A DNA stretch of 64,000 nucleotides from a virus (Duplodnaviria > Caudoviricetes), in IMG/VR virus record IMGVR_UViG_3300020045_002401, positions 1 to 64,000 of that record. One strand, given 5' to 3'. The notes under the pieces are model-generated. The model saw nothing but the letters and a program-made list of their open reading frames with translations, did not search any database and was not told the DNA's origin. Of this stretch, positions 28,324 to 39,511 are shown piece after piece (the first letter of the stretch is position 1; each line of letters opens with the position of its first letter). The position numbers were made by a program, and so were the translations under genes.

Positions 28324-29679
28324 ATGCCAGACGATGTTATAAACAAACCTAATGACCAAATTAGTTCATTAGATGATGTAAGTTTAGAAGGAGTACATAA
28401 TCCTGTTGAACCTATCCCGAATACTCCTTCTTCTACGGGCAATCCTCAACAACAAGCTGTAGATCCACTTGCTACCGTTATTAATAAAGAAGATGTTGTT
28501 GTAATTCCTCCTGTTGATAATACAGACGCTATTCCTACATTTAATATTAAATCTTTTGAAGATTTAACTGCTTTATTAACTACTAAAACTTCTGACCAAC
28601 TATCAGAAGAAGAAAACAATGAACTTTCTGATATAGTAGATGCTTTTGGGGGTACTGGATTTAATGATAAAGGAGAAATTGTTGATGCTAATAATGCTGT
28701 GTTATTTAATGCTGACCAACTTAAACATTATTTAGAAACTAGTGAATTACCTGTTGATGAACAAGGGGATTTTGTAGATGCTAATGGTAATGTAATAAAA
28801 ACTAAAACAGAATTATATAGAGAAAGTACTACTGTAGGAACAGTAATAAATGCTTTAGCTAAAAATTTTGAAGTATCTTTTGCTGATACTTTTATGCCTG
28901 ATGATACTGAAGATTCTTTAGTTGATGTAGTTAATAAAGTAGTAGGAGTTGTAGAAAAAGGAAGTGTAGAACGTTATATGCAAGCTAATCCTGAATTAGA
29001 AGCTTTCCGTAAACATTTACTTTTACACGGTTCTCCTAAAGGATATAATTCTAGTGTAGTAGATTATGATAAGATTGATGTAAAGACTCTTTCTAAGGAA
29101 GCTAAAGCTTTATATGTATCTGATGCTTATAAAGCTAGTGGTAGAAATTTAACACCTGCTTATGCTAAATATTTAGAAGGTCTTGATGATGAAACTTATA
29201 ATACTGAAGTACTCGATAATATAAAAGTATTAAAAGATATTCAAACAAATAAACAAAAAGAAATTGATACCCAACTTAAACTTAAAGAAGAACAAAGAAA
29301 ACAAGATGCTCAAAAGTATTGGAGTACAGTAGAAACAACCATCAAAAGTGGTAAATTATCTAATCTTACTATTCCAATCCCTGAAAGAGATGCATTTTTA
29401 GCTTATGTTACAACACCGGTAAAAGACGGTATAACAAAAGATATGCTAGATGCGGAAAAAGAAGATGTATCTGCTGATTTACTTATGTCTTATTTGAGAT
29501 ACAAAGGGTATGATTTATCCGTTCTTGCTAAAAATATTGCTACTACTCAACAAGTACAGAGTCTTAGAGATAAAATAGGTAAGAACAAAGCACGTAATAT
29601 TAGTAATAGTGATAAAGGACGATTACCTAAAACACAGAATGATAATTACATACCAAATCTAAGTGAGGTAAATTTATAA
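28324..29679 (+). CDS. Acidic head-assembly/scaffold-like protein
   Basis: 451 aa, Asp/Pro-rich N-terminus, between portal and MCP as in crAss-like phages. Confidence 0.65.
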   Translation: MPDDVINKPNDQISSLDDVSLEGVHNPVEPIPNTPSSTGNPQQQAVDPLATVINKEDVVVIPPVDNTDAIPTFNIKSFEDLTALLTTKTSDQLSEEENNELSDIVDAFGGTGFNDKGEIVDANNAVLFNADQLKHYLETSELPVDEQGDFVDANGNVIKTKTELYRESTTVGTVINALAKNFEVSFADTFMPDDTEDSLVDVVNKVVGVVEKGSVERYMQANPELEAFRKHLLLHGSPKGYNSSVVDYDKIDVKTLSKEAKALYVSDAYKASGRNLTPAYAKYLEGLDDETYNTEVLDNIKVLKDIQTNKQKEIDTQLKLKEEQRKQDAQKYWSTVETTIKSGKLSNLTIPIPERDAFLAYVTTPVKDGITKDMLDAEKEDVSADLLMSYLRYKGYDLSVLAKNIATTQQVQSLRDKIGKNKARNISNSDKGRLPKTQNDNYIPNLSEVNL

Positions 29680-29726
29680 TCTTAGAAACCTTTATTTAAC
29701 ATTATTAATTATTAAACAAATCAAAC

Positions 29727-31205
29727 GTGGAAAAAGCAAGAATTATGATTCATCCTTCATATAATGAAGATGGATACACATCTAACCTTAGTTTAGCTAA
29801 AGCTAGAATGTCAAAAAGTGATACAATTAATCCTGTAGTTACCTTTCTTCAAGGTAATGACCAAAAACTCTTTCCTTTATTGTTTCTTACTGAGGGACAA
29901 TTGAAAGGTGTTCAATGGAAAGGTATAGAAGATGTTGAATATGATTGGCCTATCTTTGGTAAACTTAAACATACATCTGAAGTCGTATCTCATTCTTATA
30001 CTGGTGTTACTTCTGTTGGTAATGTTCCCGGTGAAGAGATTATGGTAGTGTTTAAAGATGCTTTCCTGAAGTTTCAACATAACGTCTTGTCACCTAACAA
30101 TGTTTGGTGTCGTGTTATACGTAGACCTGTTAAGGTTGCTAATGGTTATCTTTATGCTTTACAACTAGTTAAATCTGCTAACTCTACTAATCTTCCGATT
30201 GATGAAATTAAAGCAGGTTCATTGTGGGGTATGATTGGTGCTGCCAACGTTAGTGAAGCTTACTCTGTTGGTAATGAGTCTAATAGACGTATGCCAGGTA
30301 AAGCTAAAAACCAAATTGGTATTATTAGAAAATCTTATGAATTTGCTGGTAATATTGGTAATAGAACTGTAGAGTATTTATTGCCTACTAAAAATGGTGT
30401 TACCAAGCTTTGGCAACCTTTTGAAGAGTACGAACATGAAATGGAATTTAAACGTTCATGTGAAGAATCTCTTTGGGAGTCTAATTACAATAGAGATGCT
30501 AATGGAGTAATTCAGACTATTGACCCTGATACAGGATTACCAATTCCATACGGTGCTGGACTTAAAGCTCAGATTCCAAATAGAGGTACTTATAGTATCT
30601 TGACTTTCAAGAAAATTACTAAGATTGTTTCTGATATTTTCTATGGTGCTTCTGATAAACAAAATGTAAATGTAGTTTTATTTACAGGTACTAGTGGAAA
30701 AGAGGAATTTTCTAATGCTATTATGACTGAAGCTAAATCTTGGACTCTATTAGAAGGTTCTTTGAACAGTACTATTACTGGTTCTCCTATGAATCTTACT
30801 TTTGGTGCTGCATTTACTCACTTCCGTCATATTGATGGTCATATTGTATCTGTTGTTACAGTACCTTATTTTGATCATTCAGGATATGCTGATAAATCTC
30901 CTCGTCATGCTGTATCTGGACGTCCACTTTCATCTTATGAAATGCATTTCGTAGATATGTCAGTTTATGATGGAGAAAATAACGTTCAATTGGTTAACCA
31001 AAAAGGACGTTCTATGATTAGAGGTGTTGAACAAGGTATGACCTTATTGAAAGGTAATAGTTTTGCAGATTACTCTGGTAATGGTAAAGATTTAGTAGTA
31101 TCAACTTCACAAGATAAATCAGCTGTTCACTTCCTTAAAACCTTAGGAGTAGCTGTACGTAGAAACACTCACTGTTTCTCTTTGTATTGTGATGCTGCTG
31201 CTTAA
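29727..31205 (+). CDS. Major capsid protein (HK97 fold, crAss-like)
   Basis: 492 aa with GTG start; size, position and strong downstream terminator fit; G.GL..QIP and FTG..G..EF motifs recalled from crAss-like MCPs. Confidence 0.85.
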   Translation: MEKARIMIHPSYNEDGYTSNLSLAKARMSKSDTINPVVTFLQGNDQKLFPLLFLTEGQLKGVQWKGIEDVEYDWPIFGKLKHTSEVVSHSYTGVTSVGNVPGEEIMVVFKDAFLKFQHNVLSPNNVWCRVIRRPVKVANGYLYALQLVKSANSTNLPIDEIKAGSLWGMIGAANVSEAYSVGNESNRRMPGKAKNQIGIIRKSYEFAGNIGNRTVEYLLPTKNGVTKLWQPFEEYEHEMEFKRSCEESLWESNYNRDANGVIQTIDPDTGLPIPYGAGLKAQIPNRGTYSILTFKKITKIVSDIFYGASDKQNVNVVLFTGTSGKEEFSNAIMTEAKSWTLLEGSLNSTITGSPMNLTFGAAFTHFRHIDGHIVSVVTVPYFDHSGYADKSPRHAVSGRPLSSYEMHFVDMSVYDGENNVQLVNQKGRSMIRGVEQGMTLLKGNSFADYSGNGKDLVVSTSQDKSAVHFLKTLGVAVRRNTHCFSLYCDAAA

Positions 31206-31223
31206 TATATAAGTAAGTATTTA

Positions 31224-31251
31224 AAACCCCTCTAACTTGAGGGGTTTATTT
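31224..31251 (+). terminator. Rho-independent terminator after MCP
   Basis: AAACCCCTC-taactt-GAGGGGTTT then ATTT. Confidence 0.85.
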
Positions 31252-31295
31252 CGTAAATTAAAAAAGTAATATAAACTATAATAATAATAAATACA

Positions 31296-32354
31296 ATGGA
31301 CACTAATCAAAATCCCGGAACTACTGGTACTACTGCAACTCTAACTTCTCAAATTGCTAATAGTGCAAATAAACAAGTAACTAAAAAATTAACTTTAGCT
31401 TGTAATATTAGACTTAAAAAAGGTTTAGTTGCTTTACCTAATCAATCCTCAGAAGAATTTAATTATTATGTTGAATCTATATTAGCTCCTAGTGGTGGAC
31501 CTTTAAAAGGTGTTACAGGTACATTAGAAAGGCTTATAATGCCGTCTATTATAGATGTATCGACTAATGATAATACTTTTAATAGTCATATTAAAGAATA
31601 TTGGGCAAATTTTAGTAATATTTTAGACCCTGATTCTGAAAATAAAAGAGATACTGAGCAAGGTATTAAAATGGAGATTAAATTTACTTTACATACTGCT
31701 AGTCATATTGCTAAATATGAAAAGTTAACTAGAGTAGATGAACAATTCAGATTTATACATGATTTATTAGAAGAACAAGAAGCCGGAAATAATACTAACC
31801 GTTTTATTACACTTAATTCTGAATATTATTCTGATTTTGTAAAACTAGCTTTTATATTAAAACATTCTCGTATTGCTAACCGAGCAGAAGATAAAGATAA
31901 ATCTCCTAAAATTTTTGGTTATATATATGAAAAAGCTATTGACTTTAAAGCTCAAGAATCTGAAATGGATGTATTCAATAAATTCTCTGATAATCTTAGA
32001 GGACTTGATGATGAGAAAAAAGCTAATGCTATTTTACTTGCTATAGGTGAACAAGTTGTTGATGTTGATTCACTATCTGATAAAAAGATTCTTATCTATA
32101 ATTTAGGTAAAAATTCTAATCCTGTTAGAGTTAAAGTTAATGCTTTATTTGCTGATGAAAATTGGGTAGAAAAATACTATATTCAACAAGGTATATTTTT
32201 ACAAATACTTAAACAACCTGTTAATAGTAAACTAGTACAATACGGTGATAGTATCATTGGTAATGATATAGAATCTGCTGCTTCTTATTTAAAAACTAAT
32301 AGTGATGGTGCTACATTATTACACATTATAAAATCTAAACTTGATATTAATTAA
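31296..32354 (+). CDS. Conserved crAss-like structural-module protein (post-MCP)
   Basis: 352 aa in the conserved slot after MCP. Confidence 0.6.
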   Translation: MDTNQNPGTTGTTATLTSQIANSANKQVTKKLTLACNIRLKKGLVALPNQSSEEFNYYVESILAPSGGPLKGVTGTLERLIMPSIIDVSTNDNTFNSHIKEYWANFSNILDPDSENKRDTEQGIKMEIKFTLHTASHIAKYEKLTRVDEQFRFIHDLLEEQEAGNNTNRFITLNSEYYSDFVKLAFILKHSRIANRAEDKDKSPKIFGYIYEKAIDFKAQESEMDVFNKFSDNLRGLDDEKKANAILLAIGEQVVDVDSLSDKKILIYNLGKNSNPVRVKVNALFADENWVEKYYIQQGIFLQILKQPVNSKLVQYGDSIIGNDIESAASYLKTNSDGATLLHIIKSKLDIN

Positions 32355-32371
32355 TATTAATTCCTAATAAT

Positions 32372-33457
32372 ATGACTGTTTCCGAAATCCATATAGGTTT
32401 AGGAGTACTGTTACAGAAGATAAATACACATAAATCAAAAAACTTCCTACCACAGGAATTGGATATGTTATTTAACTTTACATCTTTAAACTATAAAGAT
32501 AAACGAGCAGATTCTATTTCTAATCCAAAACAAGTATCTCTTTTTGATACTCATACTACTTTAGATAGTCTTAGTAGTTTATTTGAAACAGAAACATTAT
32601 ATCCAATAAGTAATACTAAAGAGGAAGCAGTTATATTGCTTCCTCTTGATTTTTATGGTTGGATTAGTGCTTCTGCTAACATAGCTTATAACTGTACGGG
32701 TACTTATACTACACAAGTTGGTGGTGTTATAACTAAAGAGTATTCTATAGCTAATTTAAAAAATATAAATTTAACTACTATAACTAGTTTTAAAATAGAC
32801 CTTTCTTATATAGATAAGTCTAATGCTTTACAAGTAGTTACTATTTTTGATTATACTACTTTACCTCTTGATTATTTACCTCAAGATGGTATTAAAGATT
32901 ATAAACGTTCTTTTATTTTTATTAATGGTATAGTTAATACTATTAACTTAGCCCTTGTTGATATAAATACAAAGAGTAAAGATAAGATATATTGTGAATA
33001 TGATAATAAAACTGAAAAATTAGTTATTAGTTCTATTAATAATATAACTTTATCTTTGGATACAGATATAGTTGGTTATACTTTTATGCTTAAAAATACT
33101 GTTAGTGATAAAGTTAATCTTATTACTAAACTTACTTCTCCTGTAGTAATTAATGATTTAGAATATAATGGGCATATAAACAATTCCCACCTTTCACACA
33201 GTCGAGAAAGTGAATTTCGTGCTATCAGGACAAGTGAAAACATAAAAGTGTATATTCCAAAAGGGCTAACATTTTCAAGCCTTACGCTTCATTATATCCG
33301 CAAACCTCGACAAATTGATTACCTTTTGGGTATAGGTTCAGATTTACCTAATGATATAGTTAATAAAATAATGGCTGATACAGCTCAATTTATTAAGGGT
33401 ATTATAGCTTCTGATTCTTATGATAAATTTGTTAGAGAAAATATATTAATTGAATAA
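32372..33457 (+). CDS. Tail ring/adaptor-type protein
   Basis: N-terminal MT..EIH...LLQKI....KNFLPQELD.LFN and C-terminal LHYIRKP...LP...VNKI...A, typical of crAss-like ring proteins (recollection). Confidence 0.65.
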   Translation: MTVSEIHIGLGVLLQKINTHKSKNFLPQELDMLFNFTSLNYKDKRADSISNPKQVSLFDTHTTLDSLSSLFETETLYPISNTKEEAVILLPLDFYGWISASANIAYNCTGTYTTQVGGVITKEYSIANLKNINLTTITSFKIDLSYIDKSNALQVVTIFDYTTLPLDYLPQDGIKDYKRSFIFINGIVNTINLALVDINTKSKDKIYCEYDNKTEKLVISSINNITLSLDTDIVGYTFMLKNTVSDKVNLITKLTSPVVINDLEYNGHINNSHLSHSRESEFRAIRTSENIKVYIPKGLTFSSLTLHYIRKPRQIDYLLGIGSDLPNDIVNKIMADTAQFIKGIIASDSYDKFVRENILIE

Positions 33458-33469
33458 ACAAAAAAGAAG

Positions 33470-34390
33470 ATGGAAAACATTTTATTTGGGACAACTATCC
33501 CTGACCTTACTGGTAAAGATTTAGATGATTTAACTGATGGACAGATTGGCTTGTTATTACACAATGCTGATGGACAAACTCCACCAATTGTTAGAGGTAG
33601 TGAAGTTACAAATACAGAACTATTGACAGCTAGAGGTGTTCAATTTATTAAGAGAATTGATGCTACAACTTTAGAAGGTTCTCTTATTATTCCTAATAAG
33701 ACTACTACTAATAGAAATTATCAAGTTTATGTAGCTGGTATAGCTGGTATTCATAAATTAGGAGATAATGCTGCTGCTGCTACTGCTATTGTCACTCTTG
33801 ACCCAGGAGAAGGTAATATTAGAATTACTGATTTAACTAATACTTATAAAGTAGATAATTTCCCTGCTAATATTAGTGCTACTAAATCAGCTTCTGAAAC
33901 TGTTAGTCAGTATTTAACTAGAGTTAGAGACCTTATTAACGCTGATCCTGTTGCTAAACTCCTAGTTACTGCTTCAGTTCAAGTTTCTGGTAGTAATTAT
34001 CAACTTAGATTAACTACTACTAGCTATAAAATTAAATTAGGAGTTGCTACTGATGGTATTTTTGCTCCTTACCATTTACTTACTGAAACTGCTAGAGTAT
34101 TAGCTGTTGGTTCAGGTGAACAAATGCAAGAAATTGAAAAACAACTTACTGTATTTAAAGGTAATGGTAATTATACAGAATGGTCTCAAGAGTATTACAG
34201 TGACCCATTGAAATCTAGTGTAACTACTAATTATAATACATTATCTATTACTTGGACAGGTATTGCTCAACCTACTGTATCAACTACAATGGCTGTAGCC
34301 TCTGTAAACTTACTAGTATGTGTACCGGCTGCTGATACTACATTAGAAGCTTTATATGATACTTTTATAACCCCTGATGTTGTAGTATAG
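33470..34390 (+). CDS. Putative auxiliary capsid/structural protein
   Basis: 306 aa, Thr/Ala-rich, third gene after MCP. Confidence 0.55.
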   Translation: MENILFGTTIPDLTGKDLDDLTDGQIGLLLHNADGQTPPIVRGSEVTNTELLTARGVQFIKRIDATTLEGSLIIPNKTTTNRNYQVYVAGIAGIHKLGDNAAAATAIVTLDPGEGNIRITDLTNTYKVDNFPANISATKSASETVSQYLTRVRDLINADPVAKLLVTASVQVSGSNYQLRLTTTSYKIKLGVATDGIFAPYHLLTETARVLAVGSGEQMQEIEKQLTVFKGNGNYTEWSQEYYSDPLKSSVTTNYNTLSITWTGIAQPTVSTTMAVASVNLLVCVPAADTTLEALYDTFITPDVVV

Positions 34391-34517
34391 TAGGTATATA
34401 TACAATAATAAATAGTAATTACGGTAACTATTTTAATTAAGATTTTTTGAATTGATTGTTAGAAACCTACTGTTACTTGTTAACAGTAGGTTTATTAATT
34501 TTAACCCTATTGATATT

Positions 34518-35624
34518 ATGTATTATAAAGATAATTATACTGAAATAAGATTAGGTGCTGGAATTATGGATTTTATTAGTGTTCTAGGTATAACTCTAGA
34601 TTATAAATTAATAAGACTTATTCCTAATGAACCTGATGTACTTATTGCTGAATTTACGTCTGATGAACCTTTAACAGTATATCCTACTGATGACGGTAAC
34701 TATAAATTAGAAGTAGCAAACGAAACTTTTACTACTTATTTTATTTATCTTACTATTAGAGATAAATTTATTACTGAATATATTACACAAATTATAGAAA
34801 CTATTTGTAATTGTGGATGTGATGATATTATTAATCCTTGTACTGAAACCCAACTTGGTAATATAGCATTAAAACGTCAAAAGCTTTTTAACATAACAAG
34901 TATATTACCTTACACGATTAAACCCTTCTCTAAGGGCGAAGCTTTGACGACAAATGATAAACTTATATTAATTTATCAATTATATTATAATGCATCTATA
35001 GATAATAAAATGAATGCATTAGGTAAAGAGTATTTTGATTATTACATTAAAGGTACTAATACTATTAATACTGCTTTGTTTAAAAATATTATAGCTTTAA
35101 ACTATTATGCTTTATATTATTATACAAGAACTGAAATATTACCTACTGCATTAGGAAAAAGAGAAGAATATATTAAACAAATTGATTCTTTTTTTAATTA
35201 TAAAGTAATTAATACTTGTTTAGGTTGTACTGACCTTGTTTCTAATATTGAAGATATAATTAATAACCCCCCTCCTTTTACTTCTCCTATTATGATATAT
35301 TACTGGCAACTTCCTTTATCTAATACTTTAGAAGATATTATACCTATTTTTGAACAAGCTACTTATATAAATAAACCAAATGAATCTTTAGTTGTATTTA
35401 ATATTGGAGTTGAAATTGTAAATACTTCTGTAGGTCGTTTAGCTTTAGCTGTTGCTCCTACTGAAAATATTGCATATGAAATTATTGATAATATAACAAA
35501 TAATGATGTAACTGCTTTATTTGATTCTCATTATTTTGCTGATTTAGATGTATTATTATATGTATCTAAAGTTCCTTATACCCTTTCTACTTTTGAATTT
35601 AAAATTAAAAAATTAACATTATAA
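34518..35624 (+). CDS. Putative structural (tail hub/fibre-anchoring) protein
   Basis: In-frame ATG at 34518 in the genome-typical ATATTATG context preferred over the TTG at 34452; CNCGC and CLGC motifs. Confidence 0.55.
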   Translation: MYYKDNYTEIRLGAGIMDFISVLGITLDYKLIRLIPNEPDVLIAEFTSDEPLTVYPTDDGNYKLEVANETFTTYFIYLTIRDKFITEYITQIIETICNCGCDDIINPCTETQLGNIALKRQKLFNITSILPYTIKPFSKGEALTTNDKLILIYQLYYNASIDNKMNALGKEYFDYYIKGTNTINTALFKNIIALNYYALYYYTRTEILPTALGKREEYIKQIDSFFNYKVINTCLGCTDLVSNIEDIINNPPPFTSPIMIYYWQLPLSNTLEDIIPIFEQATYINKPNESLVVFNIGVEIVNTSVGRLALAVAPTENIAYEIIDNITNNDVTALFDSHYFADLDVLLYVSKVPYTLSTFEFKIKKLTL

Positions 35625-35626
35625 TT

Positions 35627-38173
35627 ATGACTGATAATATTATACCACCAAATGATACACCAGGTAAATTTAGAGTACCTGCACAAGTAGCTTTAGATGC
35701 TAAATCCCAAATAGCAACTACAGCTGCTCTTATAAATTTAGGCTTAAATGATAATTTAGCTTATGAATATTTTAACGGTTTAGTTATAAAAGTTACTGAT
35801 GATTTAAGTTCTTGGGAATGGCGAGAAGCTGTTAATCCTTTAGAAGTTGGATTAAGACCTACACATTTTTTATACCCTCCTAATCATATAGTAGATGGGA
35901 TAGATTATTCTAATAAACTTTATAACTTTTTTGAACCTATTAGTACTGCTGAACTTTCTACTAATAAAGTAGATAAAGAAATTGGTAAATCTCTTGTTTT
36001 AGATACAGAAATAACTAAATTATCTCATTTAGATGATACTACTGATTTACAAAAGCCTGTATCAATTGCTCAACAATTAGCTATTGATACTGCTATTCAA
36101 GCTCAAATTACAGATAGTACTATTATTAATGGAGTTACTACAACCTCTCCAGAACCTGATATTTTGTTAGGTAATGTACATGCTTTAGGTGTTGGAGAAG
36201 GTACTTATCCTAATTGGGGAGGAATGGTTATTCCTGCAAATAATTTTGGAACTCTTCAAAGAGTTGCAGGTGTTTATTCTGTTAGTTTGACGGAGATTAT
36301 TTTAACAGAATATGCAAAAACTGATTATGTAAATTATTTTATAGCAGGAAATACAGATATAAAAGTAAACGGAAATGATGTTATAATATCTCCTTTTACG
36401 TTTTTATACACAGGAAAAACAAGAATAATAATTACGGCTGGAACTTATTCATTACCTGACACTCATAGTTTTTTAGTTTGTGACATTGATGGCGCGGTTA
36501 GTGTAAAGGCTTATACTGATACTGATATTTATTCTCATTTTGTAATTGCTTGTTCTGACCCCGCTGGAGTTATAACCATTAATACATTGCAGCATCAAGA
36601 CGTCATAAACAAAGAGTTGATAGTTCGTTTAGATTATGCCAATGGAAACAATTACATTGAGTTTACGCAAAATGGTGTGTATGATGTTGACGGAAATGTA
36701 ACAGGGGCTTATGGTGGATTTTATAAAGAAAAAACCATTACAGAAATTGGACTTTACAGGATTGGTTGGTCATTAGGTGGAGCTGTTAGATACATACACG
36801 CTGTTGATGTTTCTAATGTTATTCTGAAATCTTGGAGTGGAGATTATTTTTCAGATGATTATAATAAACTTATTGATGTACCAATTGGTGCTACTAAGTT
36901 ATTACTTTCATCTTATGGAGATAATCCTAAAAACGGTTATCTAATAAAAGAAGATAAGGCTAATTTAGATAAATTCGGATACATTACTGAAAACAAAGTT
37001 AAAGAAATAACACAATCCTCTATTCCAAATAATACTATTCCTTATATTGAAATTCAAGGTAATGTTTGGGAAGATGGTGCTTGGAGAAACGCAGAAACAG
37101 AAAATACAATTTCAAGAGTATATACTATTTCTGATTCTGAATCATATTATATGTTTTACAATCCTAGTATATATTACAGTCAAGCCTTTTCTTCACTTGA
37201 AATAAATAAGCAATTAGCTACCCTTGAGAATTTTGGCGGTATTTCTTTAAACGGTACGCTAACTAATAATTTAGAATCGGAACTTGATTCTGTTACTGTA
37301 AATAGTTATACAATGGGTAGAAAAACAATAACAAGTTTTACCCCGCCAGCAGGCTCAAAAAGACTTATAGTTTTATATAAAAATGTAGGAACCCTTTTAG
37401 ATGATATTAGAATTTACAGAAGCTATGGAAATAATGGGACTTTAGCACAAAACCCAAATGCAGGAAAAAAAATAGTTGTGTGCGGGGATAGTGTAGCTCA
37501 AAATATCGAAACAGAAAGAGGCAAGGAAAGATTAAGAGATTCTCTTGGTTGTAAGGTTGATACTTATGCTGTTGGAGGTGCTGGGTGGTCAATAAATGCA
37601 ACACCTTCTTGGGTTACAGCTCAAAATGTTTCAGGTGTTATGCAAGTAGAAGAATTGGTAAAACCAGCTTCTGAAACTTATGATATATATTGTCTTTCAG
37701 CAACTTTAAATGACCCAATAACACATAATAAACCGATAGGAGATTTTGATTACTGTAAACCTTATCTTTTAGATGGCTCTGACCCTGATTTTACAGACCC
37801 TAATTTAGACACGATGATAGGTGCTTTAAATTTCTCTATTCAAAGAATCTATGAGAAGAACTCTAATGCTAAAATAGTAATAGGAACAATGAACAAATGT
37901 TTTTTGACTATTCCAACAAGTGGATTTGGATTAGCTGCTGGATATGATCCTGACGACACAACTACAAATACAAGCGGAAGTACTTATTTTGAGTATATTC
38001 AAGCTATTAGAAAGTTAGGAGAAATATGGGGAATTCCTATCGTAGAAATTTATAAAAAAGCAGGAATTAACGAGTATAATAAAACAGTTAAAATGTTAGA
38101 TAGTTATCACCCAACTGAAAAAGGATATGAGGGTATTTGGGGGTTATGGTATGAAGCTATTTTAAATTGTTAA
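35627..38173 (+). CDS. Tail fibre/spike with C-terminal SGNH (GDSL-like) esterase domain
   Basis: IVVCGDS (block I), AVGGAG (block II), TLND (block III), DSYHP (block V); N-terminal anchor region then beta-rich modules. Confidence 0.8.
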   Translation: MTDNIIPPNDTPGKFRVPAQVALDAKSQIATTAALINLGLNDNLAYEYFNGLVIKVTDDLSSWEWREAVNPLEVGLRPTHFLYPPNHIVDGIDYSNKLYNFFEPISTAELSTNKVDKEIGKSLVLDTEITKLSHLDDTTDLQKPVSIAQQLAIDTAIQAQITDSTIINGVTTTSPEPDILLGNVHALGVGEGTYPNWGGMVIPANNFGTLQRVAGVYSVSLTEIILTEYAKTDYVNYFIAGNTDIKVNGNDVIISPFTFLYTGKTRIIITAGTYSLPDTHSFLVCDIDGAVSVKAYTDTDIYSHFVIACSDPAGVITINTLQHQDVINKELIVRLDYANGNNYIEFTQNGVYDVDGNVTGAYGGFYKEKTITEIGLYRIGWSLGGAVRYIHAVDVSNVILKSWSGDYFSDDYNKLIDVPIGATKLLLSSYGDNPKNGYLIKEDKANLDKFGYITENKVKEITQSSIPNNTIPYIEIQGNVWEDGAWRNAETENTISRVYTISDSESYYMFYNPSIYYSQAFSSLEINKQLATLENFGGISLNGTLTNNLESELDSVTVNSYTMGRKTITSFTPPAGSKRLIVLYKNVGTLLDDIRIYRSYGNNGTLAQNPNAGKKIVVCGDSVAQNIETERGKERLRDSLGCKVDTYAVGGAGWSINATPSWVTAQNVSGVMQVEELVKPASETYDIYCLSATLNDPITHNKPIGDFDYCKPYLLDGSDPDFTDPNLDTMIGALNFSIQRIYEKNSNAKIVIGTMNKCFLTIPTSGFGLAAGYDPDDTTTNTSGSTYFEYIQAIRKLGEIWGIPIVEIYKKAGINEYNKTVKMLDSYHPTEKGYEGIWGLWYEAILNC

Positions 38174-38318
38174 ATTATGAATATAAAAAATATATACAAG
38201 AGTTAGAACAATTCTTGTATTGACTAATAATTAATAATAAATAATAAATATAAAAATGAAAAAACAAATTTTAGACTTATGGGCTATAGATAAAAAGAAG
38301 CCTAATTAGTTTTAATAT

Positions 38319-38358
38319 ACCTATAAGTATAGATAATATACTTATAGGTCTATTTTAT
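38319..38358 (+). terminator. Rho-independent terminator
   Basis: ACCTATAAGTAT-agataat-ATACTTATAGGT (12-bp stem) followed by a T-rich tail. Confidence 0.75.
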
Positions 38359-38388
38359 TTTATTAATCAATTAACAATATTAAATTAT

Positions 38389-38877
38389 ATGACTTCTAAT
38401 ACCCCACATCAAGAGAGTTTATTACTATTAATTAAAAATGCTTTATTATATTTTGTTAAAGATATTTATTTATGTACTGTTGGAATAAGTACTACTTTTA
38501 TTGGTTACCTTTTTCCTATACGTAATATTGTACATTTAATGATAGGTTTTTTTATATTAGATGTATTATTTGGTTACTGGTCAGCAAGAGTAGTAAAAAA
38601 ACAAAAATTTTCTGTTAAAATTATATGGGAACATACTGTTCCTAGAATGACAATTGCTATAGTATTAATTATATGTACTTTTATGTGGGATAAAGAATAT
38701 CACCAAGATTATATATCTACACATAAAATTGTAGGTTGGTTTATATCTGGAGTATTATTAGCTTCTATAATTGATAATGGATATAAAATTACTAAATGGA
38801 ATGCTTTTCCTCAATTAAGTAAACTTATTAAAGAAAAAACAAAAGAAAAAACTGGATTAGATATAGAATCCGATTAA
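38389..38877 (+). CDS. Holin
   Basis: 162 aa with about 3 TM helices and a charged C-terminus, directly upstream of the endolysin. Confidence 0.75.
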   Translation: MTSNTPHQESLLLLIKNALLYFVKDIYLCTVGISTTFIGYLFPIRNIVHLMIGFFILDVLFGYWSARVVKKQKFSVKIIWEHTVPRMTIAIVLIICTFMWDKEYHQDYISTHKIVGWFISGVLLASIIDNGYKITKWNAFPQLSKLIKEKTKEKTGLDIESD

Positions 38878-38896
38878 TTAATTAAAAAATTAATAA

Positions 38897-39511
38897 ATGA
38901 TAGATAAAAAAGAAACGTTTACTGAAATACGAAAAGAATTTGGTAAACTTAATCAAAAACAAGTAGAAGGTTTTGATGCCATATTTGATGCTTGGGATGA
39001 AACTGAGTATACTGATATACGTTGGTTAGCTTATATGCTTGCTACTCCTTGGCATGAAACAGGTACTACTATGCAAGCTATTGAAGAATGGGGTAAAGGT
39101 AAAGGTAAACCTTACGGTAAACAATTAAAGTATGCTAAGGATAAAAAAGGTAAGCATATACCCTATACAGACACGAAAGCTCTCTTCTATGGGCGAGGTT
39201 TGGTTCAATTGACTTGGTATGAATTATATAAATTAATGGGAGAAATATTAGGTATAGATTTATTAAATCATCCTGAATTAGCTTTAGATTTAAATATAGC
39301 TATATTAATTATGTTTGAAGGTATGCTTAAAGCTGATTCTAATATTGGAGATTTTACTGGTAAATGTCTTGAACATTATTTTAATTCTACAGTTAATGAC
39401 CCTATTGGAGCAAGAAAGATAATTAATGGCTCTGATAAAGCTGAACTTATTGCTTCTTATCACACTAAATTTTTACGTTGTATAACACTTAAAACAAATA
39501 ACATAACATGA
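38897..39511 (+). CDS. Endolysin, glycoside hydrolase family 19
   Basis: AYMLAT..HET...IEE, YGRGLVQLTW..Y, ARKIING. Confidence 0.9.
   Translation: MIDKKETFTEIRKEFGKLNQKQVEGFDAIFDAWDETEYTDIRWLAYMLATPWHETGTTMQAIEEWGKGKGKPYGKQLKYAKDKKGKHIPYTDTKALFYGRGLVQLTWYELYKLMGEILGIDLLNHPELALDLNIAILIMFEGMLKADSNIGDFTGKCLEHYFNSTVNDPIGARKIINGSDKAELIASYHTKFLRCITLKTNNIT

Noticed and set aside
38177-38309. Two mini-ORFs (9 aa and 17 aa) after the tail esterase gene
   Set aside because: Too short to support as genes; at most remnants of a module swap
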